From a virus (Duplodnaviria; Caudoviricetes), in the IMG/VR virus record IMGVR_UViG_2924880783_000005, positions 16,865 to 80,864 of that record: a stretch of DNA of 64,000 nt; one strand, given 5' to 3'. Both the position numbers and the translations under genes were made by a program. Shown piece after piece: positions 27,381 to 37,819 of the stretch (positions are counted from its first letter, which is position 1; each line of letters opens with the position of its first letter). Under the pieces are notes generated by a model. That model was not told the DNA's origin and ran no database searches. It saw only the letters and a program-made list of their open reading frames with translations.

Positions 27381-28286
27381 ATGTCTGAAATATCCAACCA
27401 TACAACCGACAACAGTCGCTACCTTATCTGCGAAGCTATCCGCAAGATTGCTTTGGGACGCAGTATGGAGCGTATCAGTATGGCTCCGGGCGGAATGTCG
27501 GGTGTGGGCACGGCCCGCATGGTCCACGGCTATGTGGCCAAGATTCACGACGACCCTTCGGACGAGGAGTTCGCGGAATACGGCGGCACCGTTGACGTGG
27601 GCGAATATCCCGACGAGACCGCCTCGGCGGAACCTGTCATCCACAAGGGCGTACTGCTCACGGCCGCCACCGAAAACGGGAACGGCTTCCTGCTCGTTCC
27701 CACGCTGTTCTCCGACGTCACTATCTTCATGGATGCCGCCACACGCTATGCCTACGTGGTGAACTTCTCTCATGTAGATATTATTCGGATGAATGCACAC
27801 AAAGAAACGACTATCGGTGTTACCGAAACAGAGGCACTGGATGCGGACTCCGATTCCTCGCCGGACTACGACGAGTTGGAACCGACGGGAAACGAGGCGC
27901 ACACGACCTATTCCGCCAAGGGAATCACGGCGAGGGTGAAAAACGACGGCGGCAAAGAGTCGTCGGTCATGCAAGAGGCGGAACGTATCACCCATACTGT
28001 AGATAAATCCGAGGTCATGCAAACTACGGACAAGGTGGTGCAAAAAGTGAACTCCACGACCATCGCCGTTGCGGACAACAAGGTGACACTCGGAGACGAA
28101 CAGGCGACAGAGCCGCTGGTATTGGGTAACGAACTGGCGCAGCTCATGCTGGACTTTCTGACGGAGTGCTCGAAAATCATGACGCCGACGCTGATGGGGA
28201 CCATGCAACCTCTGAACTTTCCCAACTTCCTGCCCCTGACCTCACGTATCCAGAAATTCCTTTCCAAGACCAGTTACACCAAATGA
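27381..28286 (+). CDS. Baseplate spike (gpV-like)
   Basis: OB-fold-like N-terminus, beta-repeat C-terminus and VTLGDEQATEPLVLGNEL motif. Confidence 0.65.
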   Translation: MSEISNHTTDNSRYLICEAIRKIALGRSMERISMAPGGMSGVGTARMVHGYVAKIHDDPSDEEFAEYGGTVDVGEYPDETASAEPVIHKGVLLTAATENGNGFLLVPTLFSDVTIFMDAATRYAYVVNFSHVDIIRMNAHKETTIGVTETEALDADSDSSPDYDELEPTGNEAHTTYSAKGITARVKNDGGKESSVMQEAERITHTVDKSEVMQTTDKVVQKVNSTTIAVADNKVTLGDEQATEPLVLGNELAQLMLDFLTECSKIMTPTLMGTMQPLNFPNFLPLTSRIQKFLSKTSYTK

Positions 28287-29971
28287 GCGTACACCTTCAT
28301 CCCGACATCGAGCAGTTGGACCGGTCGAGCCTTTGCTATCTGGTCTACATGCAATTGTACCATACCTTTTTCAATGCCCAGGAACGCAAAAGTGCGGAGA
28401 ACCCTTACGGTATCGAGGAGGGTGACGAAACGAGCATACGTCTGAAAAATACTGCTTACGGGTTCGCCTCCGTCATTGCGGGGGCGGTTTCCATCGGCGG
28501 TGGCAGCGGTTCCGACGGCGGCCTGTTGCTGGATTACCTTAAAAAGTCCGGCGGTGACATGACGGGGACGTTGCATGCCGGTTACGGATTCGCGGCCGGT
28601 GTGGGCAATACCCGTATTCTGGAAACCTACCGGGAGGAACAGACCGATGCGGAAGGTATCGTAACCGGTGTGGAGTACGGCATACGCGTTGTCGGCCGCT
28701 TGCAGCTCGGGGGCGGCGGGCTTTATTTAGGAGGCAGGCAAGTGCTGCGCTATGACGCCGATATGGCAACCGCCACGCTCGACGCGTCGCATCTCGACGT
28801 GCATGCCGGAGAGGTCCGCTCTTCCGGCGAATGGCTGTTCGGGGACAGGGAAAGCGGTGTCTTTATCTCGCCTACGCTGTTGCGGGTTGCAGGGCATGAC
28901 GTGTACCACCGTGGCAACGCGAACCTTCCGGCGGTAGACTGGACGATGCACGACGGCTCGGTTCTGGGGAATCTCACCGTTGCGGGAGAGGTCGTTTTGA
29001 ACGGGGCCTTGTCGGCATTACAGGGCGTACGGTTGGGGGATAAAGGGAAAACCCTGTTGAGCTTTTCCGGCGAAGACGTTGCATTGAGCGGTTACCTCTC
29101 TTTCGGTGAAGGGTTCGGCATCCGCATCGGCGGGTGGAACGTCCTGGTACGGGAGAGCGGGAACCGGATACGGTTAGGCGGCATCGGCGGCGACTTGCTC
29201 CTGGGCAGCGGCGACACGCCCAAGATACGGCTCTTCTCCGGGCTTTCGGACATCGACGGCGACTGCCTGCTCATCTCGCCGTACGGTCGTGCCTGTTTCC
29301 CCGGGTCGCTGACCGTCAGGCACGACTACGGCGCCGACCTGCTCTCGACCTATCGGGTAGACGCCACGGATGAAGGCATCATTCTCCACAAGAGGTTGCG
29401 TATGGGCAGCGCCGACGGATTCCTGGTTAGGGGCGACAAAGAGACTTTATCCATGACCGCGAGCGTGGCATACATTGAAGACGGCATGCGGACACTCGTT
29501 CCGCATACGACCCGTATAAGGTATAGCGCCTCGACCAGCCGGTACGCACCGCAGCACCGCAAGTCCGAGTCGCTCGCCCTTACTACCGATGCCGACTTTA
29601 TTGTGGCGGGTGTACCGCTGGAGGCTGCCGGTCATATCGGCATCGACGGCTCCGCAACCCGTTTGGCGGATGGCGTGCTATACTTTACCGAGGAGTTGCG
29701 CCTGCAAGCCGTCGCCGGGGGTGTCAAGCATCACGGCGACAGCCTGTTTACGGGTTCGCTCTCTTCCGAGCTCTTCTCTTCGGGTTTGGCGGGTAGCGGC
29801 TGGGCTATCCTTAGAAACCGCACGACGGGCAGCGTCACCGCCACCTTCGACGAGGTGGTGGCACGCCGCCGGTTTCGCGCCTACGAGTTCGAGGTGAAGA
29901 AAACTTCCGCCACCAACGGCTCCTTTTGGGTGAGCGACAGTTGTTCCGGCGACACCGTAGAAAAATTATAA
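28283..29971 (+). CDS. Tail/baseplate structural protein
   Basis: Start at 28283 (ATGA overlap); Gly-rich beta segments; YLKKSGGDMTG fibre-like motif. Confidence 0.65.
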   Translation: MSVHLHPDIEQLDRSSLCYLVYMQLYHTFFNAQERKSAENPYGIEEGDETSIRLKNTAYGFASVIAGAVSIGGGSGSDGGLLLDYLKKSGGDMTGTLHAGYGFAAGVGNTRILETYREEQTDAEGIVTGVEYGIRVVGRLQLGGGGLYLGGRQVLRYDADMATATLDASHLDVHAGEVRSSGEWLFGDRESGVFISPTLLRVAGHDVYHRGNANLPAVDWTMHDGSVLGNLTVAGEVVLNGALSALQGVRLGDKGKTLLSFSGEDVALSGYLSFGEGFGIRIGGWNVLVRESGNRIRLGGIGGDLLLGSGDTPKIRLFSGLSDIDGDCLLISPYGRACFPGSLTVRHDYGADLLSTYRVDATDEGIILHKRLRMGSADGFLVRGDKETLSMTASVAYIEDGMRTLVPHTTRIRYSASTSRYAPQHRKSESLALTTDADFIVAGVPLEAAGHIGIDGSATRLADGVLYFTEELRLQAVAGGVKHHGDSLFTGSLSSELFSSGLAGSGWAILRNRTTGSVTATFDEVVARRRFRAYEFEVKKTSATNGSFWVSDSCSGDTVEKL

Positions 29972-29975
29972 TGCC

Positions 29976-32243
29976 ATGTCCGTATTCCGTTATTCGACAT
30001 ATAAAATCCGCATCGACCCCGATTCGGGCAAGACACAGGGCTTGCAGGCGGGGGACATCATCCGCCGTCAATATGCAGAGAGGAGCCGCGCCGTCTACTC
30101 CCTGATGGCCGTCCTGGAAACGGGCGCGGAAACCATCGGCGGCAAGGAGGCTCCATACTTTATCGGGGCGCTTTTAGACGGCGACGAGCCGCAGAACGGC
30201 GAGCTGCTGGATTTCGTGCGTGTCACCAACCTCTTCGATACCTCCCGCAGCGGCGCCCTTTACCTGACGGCCTCGGACAGCGAGGCTCCCTACCTGGATG
30301 TCATCGACGGCATGGCGAGGGAGCGGTCGCTCTGCTATCCCGAAATGGCGGGAGGCGTGGCCGACCTCCCCGACAAATCCAAATATACCGTTTGCGGGAA
30401 TTGCCTGTCTGCGGATTACCGTATGGCGGACGCCGGGGCGTCGCGTATCGTCAGGCTGACACGCACGGCGGCATCCTCCGACGGCACACCTTCCGGCCTG
30501 AAACAGACTCTTGAAGAGCCCGTCGAACACCCCGAACGGTTGTTGGTATCATTCAAAGTCCGCGCGTCGAAAGCATTGCCGGCCGTACCTTTGTCTTTCG
30601 GTTACACGACCGGTGAGAAGACGGACGCAGGGGATACGACCGACGTATCGACCCAGTGGGAATACAAACTGTGGGTGCTGACGGTCGAATACCCCCAACG
30701 GTACAACCGCAGTCTGGTAATAGACCTCGTCGGGCATCTGACGGCGCCCGGCGACTGGTGCGAGGTAGCCGACCTGAATATCGTCCGGCTTCCGTCGGTC
30801 GCTTCCTACACCGGGGCGTCAAAAGCACGTGTCGGCAAGGTTTCGGGTATCATCGACCCCGTATTCGGCGTGTTGGACGGATATGGGGCTTATTTCCAGA
30901 ATCTCTATGCCACACGCAACGTCAATATCGCGGGAACGCTGACCGCCGGGGATGAAAACGGGTTCGCCTCGACCTTCTATGTAGGCAAGATCCACAAAAA
31001 TGTCATACCTGACAGCCTTGCCTGCGCGTTCGACGGAGCGACGGTTGTAGAAACGGCAACCCCCGTCGGCATCGGAAAGTGCGTACGGATTACGGCGGAC
31101 AGCCGTCTTACGCTGCAGAGTGCCGACTGGCGAAAGGCACATGCCGGCAGCTATTACTGTCTCTCCGTCTGGATAAAATCCGACGAGACGGGAACTGTTC
31201 AGCTATACCAGGACGGGCATCTTGTCGGGGCGGTTCCCGTTCCGGGCAACGGTGAATGGCGTCGCCATAAGGTCGCCTTCCCCGTGCGGGATTCCGTCGC
31301 GCCGGCCATGTCCCTGGACATTGCGACCGCCATACCGCTTCTGCTGACAGCCCCGCAGCTCGAAGCCGGACGGACGGCGACACCTTACCAGGCGACGGAC
31401 GAGGTGCTCTCCTACACGGAGGATTACGGGGCCTGGTTCTCGAAGGGCGGTATCGGCGGTACCATCCAGCACCCGTTGCTCATATTGAACGGGGACGGCT
31501 CCATCAGTTCGCGTGACGGCTCCTTCGTCATCCACCCCGACGGCACGGGACATTTCGCGGGCGGACGCCTCAAATGGTCGCGGGACACCATCGAACTGCG
31601 TGGTGTGACGATTCGTTGGGAAGACCTCGACGAGCAGGCACAGGAACAGCTAAAACCCCGCTCCGTCACCCTGGCCGGCGGCACGGTGTTTCATCTCGGA
31701 GGCTCTCGACCACCTACCGTAGAACCTGCCGTCATCGACATCACCGCCACGGAGCATCATTTCTCGCCGACATCACGCCGCTGGGACTATCTGGCTGCCG
31801 ACGGGACGTGGAAAGACGCCGGATGTTCCGATGCGCGTTTCCGACTTCTGCCCGATTTCCCCGGCTGGGGCGGACGCGATGTGCTGACACTCCGTTACAC
31901 GGCCTCATGCGGCGACGCGGCATATACGGCGACGCATACCGTTCTCAAGCTTACCGACGGGGCAGACGCCTACATCGTACACATTGAGTCGGAAAACGGC
32001 ACGACATTCCGCAGCGGGCCGGTCTCGACCGTGCTCCGCGCCCGTGTTTATAAAGGAGACGAGGAGATTACGGGCCAAATTCCCGACAGTTCTTTCCGGT
32101 GGTATCGAAGCGGCGCGGATCAAGGGCGGGACGAGCAATGGAACGCCGCACAGCACCAAGGGCGGGAAATCGCCATTACCGGCGAGGATATATCCGACAG
32201 GACCGTATTCGACTGCGAGGTGGAAATAACCAAAGATATATGA
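29976..32243 (+). CDS. Tail protein with putative carbohydrate-binding (jelly-roll) domains
   Basis: SFKVRAS...QWEYK and YCLSVWIKSD...EWRRHKVAF CBM-like segments; position in the tail module. Confidence 0.6.
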   Translation: MSVFRYSTYKIRIDPDSGKTQGLQAGDIIRRQYAERSRAVYSLMAVLETGAETIGGKEAPYFIGALLDGDEPQNGELLDFVRVTNLFDTSRSGALYLTASDSEAPYLDVIDGMARERSLCYPEMAGGVADLPDKSKYTVCGNCLSADYRMADAGASRIVRLTRTAASSDGTPSGLKQTLEEPVEHPERLLVSFKVRASKALPAVPLSFGYTTGEKTDAGDTTDVSTQWEYKLWVLTVEYPQRYNRSLVIDLVGHLTAPGDWCEVADLNIVRLPSVASYTGASKARVGKVSGIIDPVFGVLDGYGAYFQNLYATRNVNIAGTLTAGDENGFASTFYVGKIHKNVIPDSLACAFDGATVVETATPVGIGKCVRITADSRLTLQSADWRKAHAGSYYCLSVWIKSDETGTVQLYQDGHLVGAVPVPGNGEWRRHKVAFPVRDSVAPAMSLDIATAIPLLLTAPQLEAGRTATPYQATDEVLSYTEDYGAWFSKGGIGGTIQHPLLILNGDGSISSRDGSFVIHPDGTGHFAGGRLKWSRDTIELRGVTIRWEDLDEQAQEQLKPRSVTLAGGTVFHLGGSRPPTVEPAVIDITATEHHFSPTSRRWDYLAADGTWKDAGCSDARFRLLPDFPGWGGRDVLTLRYTASCGDAAYTATHTVLKLTDGADAYIVHIESENGTTFRSGPVSTVLRARVYKGDEEITGQIPDSSFRWYRSGADQGRDEQWNAAQHQGREIAITGEDISDRTVFDCEVEITKDI

Positions 32244-32282
32244 TCGCGCCAGGATATTTGCCCTTTTTATTATCGGTTTGAC

Positions 32283-32290
32283 CTACTCTT
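32283..32290 (+). promoter_or_regulatory. Late-promoter -10-like element (AAC not conserved)
   Basis: CTACTCTT 11 nt before the fibre gene ATG. Confidence 0.45.
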
Positions 32291-32301
32291 TATAAAAAAG
32301 A

Positions 32302-35300
32302 ATGTCCCGAACATTGGTTGTCCATGGTCAAACTACGATTTCCGTACTGAAAGACCCGTATACGATTACCCAGTCCCTGAACGAATATGTTTTTCCTACG
32401 GATGCGTCGGGGAAGATTCTCTCGGCAGTCACCTTAACCTCTACTGTCAGGGTGGCTTGCGGCGACAGAGACTTTACGGCATTCTCCATCGGGGCGGTGG
32501 GCAGGCCTGCCGGATTCTCGTCCGTTACGGTAGACAATGTCGCGAAGACCGTCACCTACGCCATTGCAGCCGGCACGACCACTCTTGCCGACCACGGAAG
32601 GGTGGATATTCCCGTCACGATTTCAGGTGTCGTATACCATCTGTCATTTGTGTGGTCGAAAGCCAAGGCCGGCGTTCAGGGCACGGCGGGTGTGGACGCC
32701 AACCTGCTGGACTGGGTACGGGAGTGGAACACGAATAAAACGTTCATCGGCAGCCACACCGTCGTCACCCCCAAGCTCTTTGCCGGTACCAAGAACAGCG
32801 ACGGAACCGTTTCGGGCGTGGCCATCGGTTCGTTTGCCCTCAGCGCGAAAAGCGCTTCCGGGACCCTCACCACCGAGACTGTCAATGGTATCTGCGGATT
32901 CAAAAACGGGTACAAGACCTTCTATGTGGATAACGGCGGCAACGCGCAACTGGGCAACGGCGACCAGTATATCAGGTACAATGCGGCGACAGGCAAGGTG
33001 GAATTCGGAGCCGGTGTCAGCCTGAACTGGGCCGGCGCGACCTATATCGATAAAAACGGCATCTTCACCGGCAGGCTCTCGGCCGACACGGTAAGGGCGA
33101 TTGCGCTCGATGCGTCGCAGATTACTGCCGGCACCATCTCGGCAAACCGTATCGACACGGCGGCACTGAAAGCCGCGCTTATCACCGCCGGGAATATCGA
33201 GGCGCTGACACTGAATGTCACCAAAGGAAAAATCGGCGGCTGGTCGGTGGACGGCGATTCGCTTTACAGGGGTACGAAAAACAATACTGCCGGAGGCTAT
33301 ACTTCCGCCACCGGAAGCATTACCGTAGGCTCCAACGGCATCCGTGGTTATAAATGGCGGCTGGACGCCTCGGGAGCCGGGGCCGTCGCGGGCGGCAACA
33401 TCGCATGGGATGCCGCGGGCAACGTCTCGTTCGCCTCCTCAGTCAGCGCGCAATGGACGGCTCCCATCGGTTCCATCACCACGGCTCTGGGAGGTAACAG
33501 CTACCCAAAACTGACCAAGATTACTGCCGAGGGAATCTATACCGGAAGCATCACCGCTGCCCAGATTACCGCCGGCACCCTCTCGTCCGACCGTATCGCG
33601 GCAGGCAGCATCAACGCCTCGAAGCTCGACGCGGCCAGCATCCGGTCGTCCATCATCAACACCGACTACATCAACGGTCTGAATTGCACGTTTACCAAGG
33701 GTAAAATCGGCGGCTGGGCCATCGGTGCCACCACGCTGTCCAACAGTCATATCCTCTTGGACAGTGCCAACAAACGGGTGGTCGTTTACGGGGCGAACTC
33801 GGGGGCGACAAGTGGCAAGCGAGTACAACTCTTCTACAATTCCGACACGGATTTCGGCTTTTTCACTTCGGACGCCGCCGGCAACTGCATTGCCCATTTC
33901 GGCTCCACCAACCAGATTGCCGGATGGAACATCGACACGTCCCGTATCTACAAAAACAACATCGCTCTGGGTGCAGACGGCTCCATTACCAACGGTACTA
34001 AATGGAAGCTGAACAACGACGGGTCGGGACGGATCGCTTCGGGTAACATTGCGTGGGACGCGGCCGGCAATGTCACATTCGGCGCATCCGTTTCCCTACA
34101 ATGGAAGAACGACATCGAAGCCGCCAAAAGTGTCAACTTCGGCTACCGCTATTATAAAAGAATCGTCATCAACGGCGATGCCGCGACCTATTATCCCGTC
34201 ATCCTTAAGGGTGGCGAGCAGACCGCGAAACGCGACATCCTCATTCGTCGCGGGTACTCGGAGCAGGCTCCCGACAGTTGGAATAACACCACCCATAAAG
34301 GAGGCTTGATCGTTCTCATCAAGGCCAACTTCGGCGGTTGGGGCGGCATCGGTTACTCGTGGGACATATACGAACTGTCTGAAATGTACTGCCGCATGTT
34401 TGCCGGTGCCGCGCACTGCGGGAACTACTGTATGTTCGCCGTCTTCCTGCGCGGTGGCGGCACGACAGGAGCCGTCTACCATCTCTACTCCGACCAGCCG
34501 ATAGAGAGCAGCGCTTACAGTCCGGCACCAATCCCTGCCGCCCCTCAGATTGCTTATTCCTCCGACTTGATTTTCCAGAGCGGATCCACCAAGGCCAACG
34601 CACCGGCTCCCCGGTCCCTCACTACGGCTGTCGAGGAGGAAATCCGCCGTCACCGGTTCATCGCTCTGGCCCAGAGTTCCGACAGCACCCTCGCCGCGCA
34701 TCCGCTAACCTATATCGGTTCGACGGGTATCTATACGGGAACGCTGACTGCTGCGCAGGTCAATGCCGTTTCCATCAACGCTTCGAGCATCAAGGCGGGG
34801 ACGCTCTCCGCCGACCGTATCGCTGCCGGCAGTATCAACTCGTCGAAGCTCGACGCCGCCAGCATCAAAGCCAACATCATCAACACGGACTACATCAACG
34901 GCCTGAGCTGTACGTTCGTGCGTGGCAAAATCGGCGGGTTCACTATCGGCGGCGACAACATGACGGTCGGGGCAGTCGGAACGGCAGGGAGCACGCCGCT
35001 CCAGATCCGTTCCGCGTCTTCGGGGAGCGGATACTGGTACACGGGGGCTTACAAGCCTTTCGGGGTCTGCCTGACGTGGCACCAGAGCAGTAACGCCGGG
35101 CATATCGTCTTCGGTCAGGTGGCAGGTTCGGGCAACAGTGTCAAAACCGGCTTTATCGGCATACAAATGATGTCGTGGGACCACCTTGAGTATTTCTGCC
35201 TCTCGGCCAACTATACCAAAAGCGGCGGCAAGGAGGTCTACAACCGCATCGCCGGCTGGGCGTTCGACCATAACCATATCTGGAAGAACAACATCTCGCT

Positions 35301-37068
35301 CGGCAGCGACGGGTCGATTACCAATTCCACCAAATGGAGGCTGAACAATGACGGCAGCGGTCAGATTGCCGGGGGCAATATCTCATGGAACGCTTCGGGG
35401 GCGGTCACTTTTGCCTCCTCGGTATCCGCCCAATGGACGACCGGCATCACGACGGCCCAGGAGCTGGCCTCGGCGATGGCTTTCGGAAAAATGCTCTACC
35501 GGGACCCGACTTTCTGGAACGGCAACAACGGTGTGGCGGTATACAACAACTCCGGCAACGGCATGGTGACCATCACACGACAGCAGGACTCCACGGCTCC
35601 TAACGACAGCAAGCAGGTGCTCAAGATACAGACCAACGGTGCGGCTTCCCCGAATAACGGCGGTTTTTATTTCGGCACCACGTGCGGCTATCGCAAGGTG
35701 CTCGTCGCCCGCATCATCGCCAAGATCCCCGTCGGGCGGAAGCTGTGCTGGGCGACGAACAGCATAGGGACCAACGGTTCGAGCCGCTGGCTCACGTCGA
35801 ACGCCGGTACGGGGGACTGGAAAGAATACGTCTATAAAGTCGTCTGCGGTACAGCAAACTTTTCCAGCACCCATTTCTTTTATCTGGATGGTACACAGGG
35901 CACTTCCTCTGCGCCTGTCGTCTGGTACGTGGCATACGCCACCGTCTTCGACCTGACCTCCACGGAAAAGTACACGACAACCATAGACGCCAACGGTATT
36001 TACACCGGTACCGTGCGTGCCAACCAGATTATCGTGGACAGCACCCTGATAGTCGGCGGCAGTAGCTATAACGGCAGCATCTCCGTCCGGGATGCGGGCA
36101 ACAACGTCAAGGTGACACTAGACCGCTCCGGCATCACTGCCGTCGGCGGCAAAATCGGCGGCTGGATACTCGGGGCCAGTGCCCTGACCGCTTCGGCTCC
36201 GGCTTCGGGACACCGCATCGTCATGGGGGCTTCGGGAAACATCTACCATGACAACCCCTCCACCTCGGTCAACTACTGGGCGTTGAATACGGACGGCTCC
36301 GCCACGTTCGGATGCGGTAAGATTTCCTTTGCCAACGACGGTTCGGGATACCTCGCCAATCAGAATATCAAGTGGGATGCCTCCGGAAACGTCACCATGA
36401 CGGGCACTATCAACGCCAATGCCGGTACCATCGGAGGCTTTGTCATCGGTCAGGGGCGTATCGGTTCGACAGCGACCGGTAGCGGGTCCGGAGGAGGGCT
36501 TGCCATTTATGATGACCTGTTCCGGGTGGGCAACACCACCTCTTACATTCTGCTCGGAGCCAACACGTTTCCTGCCACGTCCGGCGGAACCTGTGCCACG
36601 GGGCGTATCGTCAACGGCAAATCGAACAGCTACCAGAACAATTACGGGTTATATATAGATGTCAAGAACGGATACCGCAACTACGGGATATGGAGCAATG
36701 CCGCGCTTGTAACTCCGGCCTGTATCGGCAACAAAATCAAGAACATATACTTCACCGGTAGCGGCTACACGATGGATTTTTCACAGCATAACATTTTCTT
36801 CGTCTATGCGAATCAGAAGTATAGCGTGACCCTGCCGTCGGCCTCTTCCGTGGCGTCAATGTTCGGGTATTCGTCCCTGCCGTCGGACTTCGCCTGCATA
36901 TTCACCCTGATTTACAACTACAACTGGGGGAACAGCCTCGTGTTCAACAACATCCGCAACCACAACGGGGACCTTGTCAACTACACGATAGCCAAGGGGG
37001 ATTCCCTCACGATATTGTGTGCCAATTACCCGTCGTTCCACTATCAGATATTAAATCACAGCTACTAA
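32302..37068 (+). CDS. Long tail fibre/receptor-binding protein with internal repeats
   Basis: 1588 aa; repeated GIYTG...KGKIGGW and WxLNNDGSG...GNIxW modules. Confidence 0.85.
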   Translation: MSRTLVVHGQTTISVLKDPYTITQSLNEYVFPTDASGKILSAVTLTSTVRVACGDRDFTAFSIGAVGRPAGFSSVTVDNVAKTVTYAIAAGTTTLADHGRVDIPVTISGVVYHLSFVWSKAKAGVQGTAGVDANLLDWVREWNTNKTFIGSHTVVTPKLFAGTKNSDGTVSGVAIGSFALSAKSASGTLTTETVNGICGFKNGYKTFYVDNGGNAQLGNGDQYIRYNAATGKVEFGAGVSLNWAGATYIDKNGIFTGRLSADTVRAIALDASQITAGTISANRIDTAALKAALITAGNIEALTLNVTKGKIGGWSVDGDSLYRGTKNNTAGGYTSATGSITVGSNGIRGYKWRLDASGAGAVAGGNIAWDAAGNVSFASSVSAQWTAPIGSITTALGGNSYPKLTKITAEGIYTGSITAAQITAGTLSSDRIAAGSINASKLDAASIRSSIINTDYINGLNCTFTKGKIGGWAIGATTLSNSHILLDSANKRVVVYGANSGATSGKRVQLFYNSDTDFGFFTSDAAGNCIAHFGSTNQIAGWNIDTSRIYKNNIALGADGSITNGTKWKLNNDGSGRIASGNIAWDAAGNVTFGASVSLQWKNDIEAAKSVNFGYRYYKRIVINGDAATYYPVILKGGEQTAKRDILIRRGYSEQAPDSWNNTTHKGGLIVLIKANFGGWGGIGYSWDIYELSEMYCRMFAGAAHCGNYCMFAVFLRGGGTTGAVYHLYSDQPIESSAYSPAPIPAAPQIAYSSDLIFQSGSTKANAPAPRSLTTAVEEEIRRHRFIALAQSSDSTLAAHPLTYIGSTGIYTGTLTAAQVNAVSINASSIKAGTLSADRIAAGSINSSKLDAASIKANIINTDYINGLSCTFVRGKIGGFTIGGDNMTVGAVGTAGSTPLQIRSASSGSGYWYTGAYKPFGVCLTWHQSSNAGHIVFGQVAGSGNSVKTGFIGIQMMSWDHLEYFCLSANYTKSGGKEVYNRIAGWAFDHNHIWKNNISLGSDGSITNSTKWRLNNDGSGQIAGGNISWNASGAVTFASSVSAQWTTGITTAQELASAMAFGKMLYRDPTFWNGNNGVAVYNNSGNGMVTITRQQDSTAPNDSKQVLKIQTNGAASPNNGGFYFGTTCGYRKVLVARIIAKIPVGRKLCWATNSIGTNGSSRWLTSNAGTGDWKEYVYKVVCGTANFSSTHFFYLDGTQGTSSAPVVWYVAYATVFDLTSTEKYTTTIDANGIYTGTVRANQIIVDSTLIVGGSSYNGSISVRDAGNNVKVTLDRSGITAVGGKIGGWILGASALTASAPASGHRIVMGASGNIYHDNPSTSVNYWALNTDGSATFGCGKISFANDGSGYLANQNIKWDASGNVTMTGTINANAGTIGGFVIGQGRIGSTATGSGSGGGLAIYDDLFRVGNTTSYILLGANTFPATSGGTCATGRIVNGKSNSYQNNYGLYIDVKNGYRNYGIWSNAALVTPACIGNKIKNIYFTGSGYTMDFSQHNIFFVYANQKYSVTLPSASSVASMFGYSSLPSDFACIFTLIYNYNWGNSLVFNNIRNHNGDLVNYTIAKGDSLTILCANYPSFHYQILNHSY
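33532..35436 (+). repeat. Internal duplicated modules of the fibre gene
   Basis: Module A at about 33532-33717 and 34726-34941; module B at about 33916-34104 and 35248-35436; long identical DNA runs such as TCGAAGCTCGACGC and GACTACATCAACGG. Confidence 0.8.
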
Positions 37069-37069
37069 A

Positions 37070-37098
37070 AACAATCCCCGCAGTAACGTCCTACCCTT
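37070..37098 (+). promoter_or_regulatory. Late-promoter motif (AAC-N18-CTACCCTT)
   Basis: Upstream of the 37117 gene. Confidence 0.6.
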
Positions 37099-37116
37099 AA
37101 TAAAAACAGAGCGAAT

Positions 37117-37404
37117 ATGAACATCACCCACGTAACGGTAACCAAGGTTGCCGAAGAGAGTACGGAGAACGCCGACTACCAGTTGGAATACTCCATCGTC
37201 AATGATAGGTTGACCCGCGTCCATGCCTCCATCCGGAAAAGGGATACTGACGGTTCGGGAAACACCCCTCAGATCGGTGTCATCTATATGGAGCAGGGCT
37301 CCGTTTCCTGCAGCATTCCCGAGGGAGAGCCCCTTGCGCCCCTGTTTCGGGACTTCGAGGCCATCATCGGTGAAATAAGAAAAAGTATCAATCAAACCGC
37401 ATAA
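37117..37404 (+). CDS. Hypothetical protein (possible fibre assembly factor)
   Basis: 95 aa after the fibre gene with its own late motif. Confidence 0.7.
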   Translation: MNITHVTVTKVAEESTENADYQLEYSIVNDRLTRVHASIRKRDTDGSGNTPQIGVIYMEQGSVSCSIPEGEPLAPLFRDFEAIIGEIRKSINQTA

Positions 37405-37409
37405 ACAGT

Positions 37410-37733
37410 ATGGAACTATCAGTCAAAGACCGCCTTTATCTGCCTACCTTCCTGCCGGCACGGGGCAACTTCAAGGATTTCAACCTCAAAAAAGAGATTC
37501 TGCGCAAAATAGCCATCAGCGACGAGGAGCGCAAAGAAATCGGCCTGCATGAAAACGCCGAGGACAAGCGTATCGAATGGGATGTGGACAAGGAAAAACC
37601 GCTTGCCGTGGAGTTTTCCGGGGAGGAGACGGAATACCTGCAGAAAGCCTGCGAGAAGATTTCAGACGAGGAGCTCCCGGACGACATGTGGGCGACGGTT
37701 GCCCGTATCTACGATTTCGTGCAGGAACAATAA
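37410..37733 (+). CDS. Hypothetical acidic protein
   Basis: 107 aa with an A-rich start context. Confidence 0.75.
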   Translation: MELSVKDRLYLPTFLPARGNFKDFNLKKEILRKIAISDEERKEIGLHENAEDKRIEWDVDKEKPLAVEFSGEETEYLQKACEKISDEELPDDMWATVARIYDFVQEQ

Positions 37734-37761
37734 ACCATCCTTTCTTTCTGCCGCTACTCTT
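37733..37761 (+). promoter_or_regulatory. Late-promoter motif AAC-N18-CTACTCTT (baseplate wedge operon)
   Basis: AAC at 37733-37735, CTACTCTT at 37754-37761. Confidence 0.65.
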
Positions 37762-37774
37762 TTGAAAAGAGTGC

Positions 37775-37808
37775 CCGGTTGTACTCTGACGGTACAACCG
37801 GTTTTTTT
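37775..37808 (+). terminator. Strong intrinsic terminator
   Basis: CCGGTTGTAC (37775-37784)/GTACAACCGG (37792-37801) followed by T7. Confidence 0.8.
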
Positions 37809-37819
37809 ATTTCAAACGT

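Noticed and set aside
32302-37068. Diversity-generating retroelement or shufflon acting on the fibre
   Set aside because: No reverse transcriptase, no template/variable repeat pair with A-specific mismatches, and no inverted alternative C-termini were seen in the window.
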